The translations under genes and the position numbers were made by a program. Shown in pieces: positions 62,148 through 64,000 of a stretch of DNA of 64,000 nt. The notes under the pieces were generated by a model that worked only from the letters and a program-made list of their open reading frames with translations, searched no databases and was not told the origin of the DNA. Position 1 is the first letter of the stretch. Each line of letters starts with the position of its first letter. This DNA comes from Camelus dromedarius (Eukaryota), in contig NC_087437.1 in assembly GCF_036321535.1 (NCBI RefSeq), forward strand, positions 10,356,001-10,420,000. The letters are read 5' to 3'.

Positions 62148-64000
62148 TTTTTGTTGAACTATAGCTCACCTACAGTACTATAATAGTTCAGGTGTACTAC
62201 ACAATGATTTGATAACAGAAATTATGAACTGATCACCGTGCTAAATCTAGTAACTATCCATTCACATACAAAGTTATTACAATGTTTTCAACCATATTCC
62301 TTATGCTGTATGTTATACACTGTAATTTATTTATTTTATAACTGGAGGTTTATGCCTCTTAATCTCCATCACTTATTTCTACCCCCTACCCTTCTGGCAA
62401 TAACCTGTTTGTTCTCTGTATCTACGGGTCTGTTTTCATTTTGTTTTGGTTGTTTTGTTTTTTGATTTCACATGTAAGTGAGATCATGCAATATTTGTCT
62501 TTCTCTGTCTGACTTATTTCACTTAGCACAAATCCTCTAGACCCATTAACGTTGCCATAAATGGCAAGATATCATTTTTTACAGCCGAGTAATATTCCGC
62601 TGTATATACACACCATATCTTCTTTACCCAGTCATCTGTTGATAGACACTTGGGTTGCTTCCACATCTTGGCTATTGTAAATAGAGCTGCAGTGAACATA
62701 AGGGGGCATATATCTTTTTAAATTAGTGTTTTTCTTTTCTTTTAATAAATACCCAGAAGTGAAATTGCTGGATCATATGATAGTTCTCTTCTTAACTTTT
62801 GGCTGAAACTTTATACTATTTTCCATAGTTGCTGCACCAATTTACACGATCCCATCAGCTGTGCACACAGTTACCCTCTTCTTCACATCCTATCCAACAC
62901 TTGTTTGTTGTCTGTTTGATGATGACATTCTGACAGGTGTGAGGTGACATTTCATTGTGGTTTTGATTTGCATGTCTCTGATGACTAGTGACACTGAGCT
63001 TCTTTTTATATATCTGTTGGCCATCTGTATGTCTTTCTTGGAACAAGGTCTATTCAGGTCCTCTGCCCATTATTTAATCTGGTTGATTGTCTTTTTTAAT
63101 GTTCAATTGTATGATTTCTTTATTTTGGATATTAACCCTTTATCAGATATATCATTTCCAAATACCTTCTCCCATTCAGTATGCTGCTTTTTTGGTCTGT
63201 TGTTAGTTTCCTTTGCTGTGCAAAAGCTTTTAGTTTGATATAGTCCCATTTGTTTATTTTTGCTTTTGTTCCCATCGCCTGAGGAGACATGTCCAAGAAA
63301 ATATTGCTAAAACCAATGTCAAAGAGTATATTGCTTATGTTTTCTTCTAGGAATTTTATGATATCAGGTCTTACACTGAAGTCTTTAATCCATTTTGAAT
63401 TTATTTTTGTATATGGTGTGAGGAAGTAGTCCAGTTTGATTCTTTTGCAAGTAGCTGTCCAGCTTTCCCAACACCATTTATTGAAGAAGTTGTCTCTTCC
63501 CCATTGTATATTCTTGCATCTTTGTCATAGATTAACTGACCACATAAGCAGGGGTTTATTTTGACTCTCTATTCTGTTACGTTGATCTATGTGTCTATTT
63601 TTGTCCCTGCACCATACTGTTTTGATGGCTGTAGCTTTACAGTATAGATTGAAATCAAGAAGTGTGATACCTCTAGATTTGTCTTTCTTTCTCAAGATGG
63701 TTTTGGCTATTCTGGGTCTTTTGTATTTCCATAAAAAGTTTAGAATTATGTGTTCCAGTTCTGTGAAAAATGCCTTTGGTCTTTTACTAGGGATTGCACT
63801 GAATCTGTAGATTGCCTTGGGGAGTATGGTCATTTTAAAATTATTAATTCTTCCAATCCATGAGCATTGTATACCTCTGCTTGTGTCATCTTTAATCTTG
63901 TTCCTCAATGTCTCATACTTCTCCAAGCACAAGTATTTTTTTCTCCTTGGTTAGATTTATCCCTAAGTATTTTATTCTGTTTGATGAAATTGTAAATGGG
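62148..64000 (-). mobile_element. L1 (decayed ORF2 plus 3' UTR), runs off the window end
   Basis: [26 protein letters not shown]...[11 protein letters not shown]...[11 protein letters not shown]; frameshifted; 3' UTR ends ~62150. Confidence 0.95.

Noticed and set aside
1..64000. CRISPR arrays, operons or other prokaryotic systems
   Set aside because: The sequence is mammalian; no regularly spaced repeat-spacer structure or dense ORFs were seen

Overview
Mammalian, repeat-rich non-coding DNA, most likely from a camelid: six copies of a tRNA-derived SINE resemble the camelid Vic-1 family, and several L1 3' ends share one lineage-specific tail. No intact protein-coding gene is recognisable. The only long ORF is the C-terminal part of a young L1 ORF2 (22477-23646, minus). 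The main hidden signal lies at about 15.3-24.0 kb. After TSD-flanked SINE/L1 insertions are excised by eye, two head-to-head decayed, apparently intronless BTB-BACK-Kelch genes emerge: copy B at about 17220-18760 (minus) and copy A at about 20450-23990 (plus, behind a TATA box). They share collinear motifs with each other and with the KBTBD13/KLHL42/KBTBD11/KLHDC7 clade. A possible third, KBTBD11-like remnant lies at about 15300-16450 (minus). The rest is L1, L2, MIR, MaLR/ERVL LTRs, hAT-type MERs, simple repeats and a weak chain of minus-strand exon-like segments. Repeat family names and reference protein sequences are recalled from memory, not searched.
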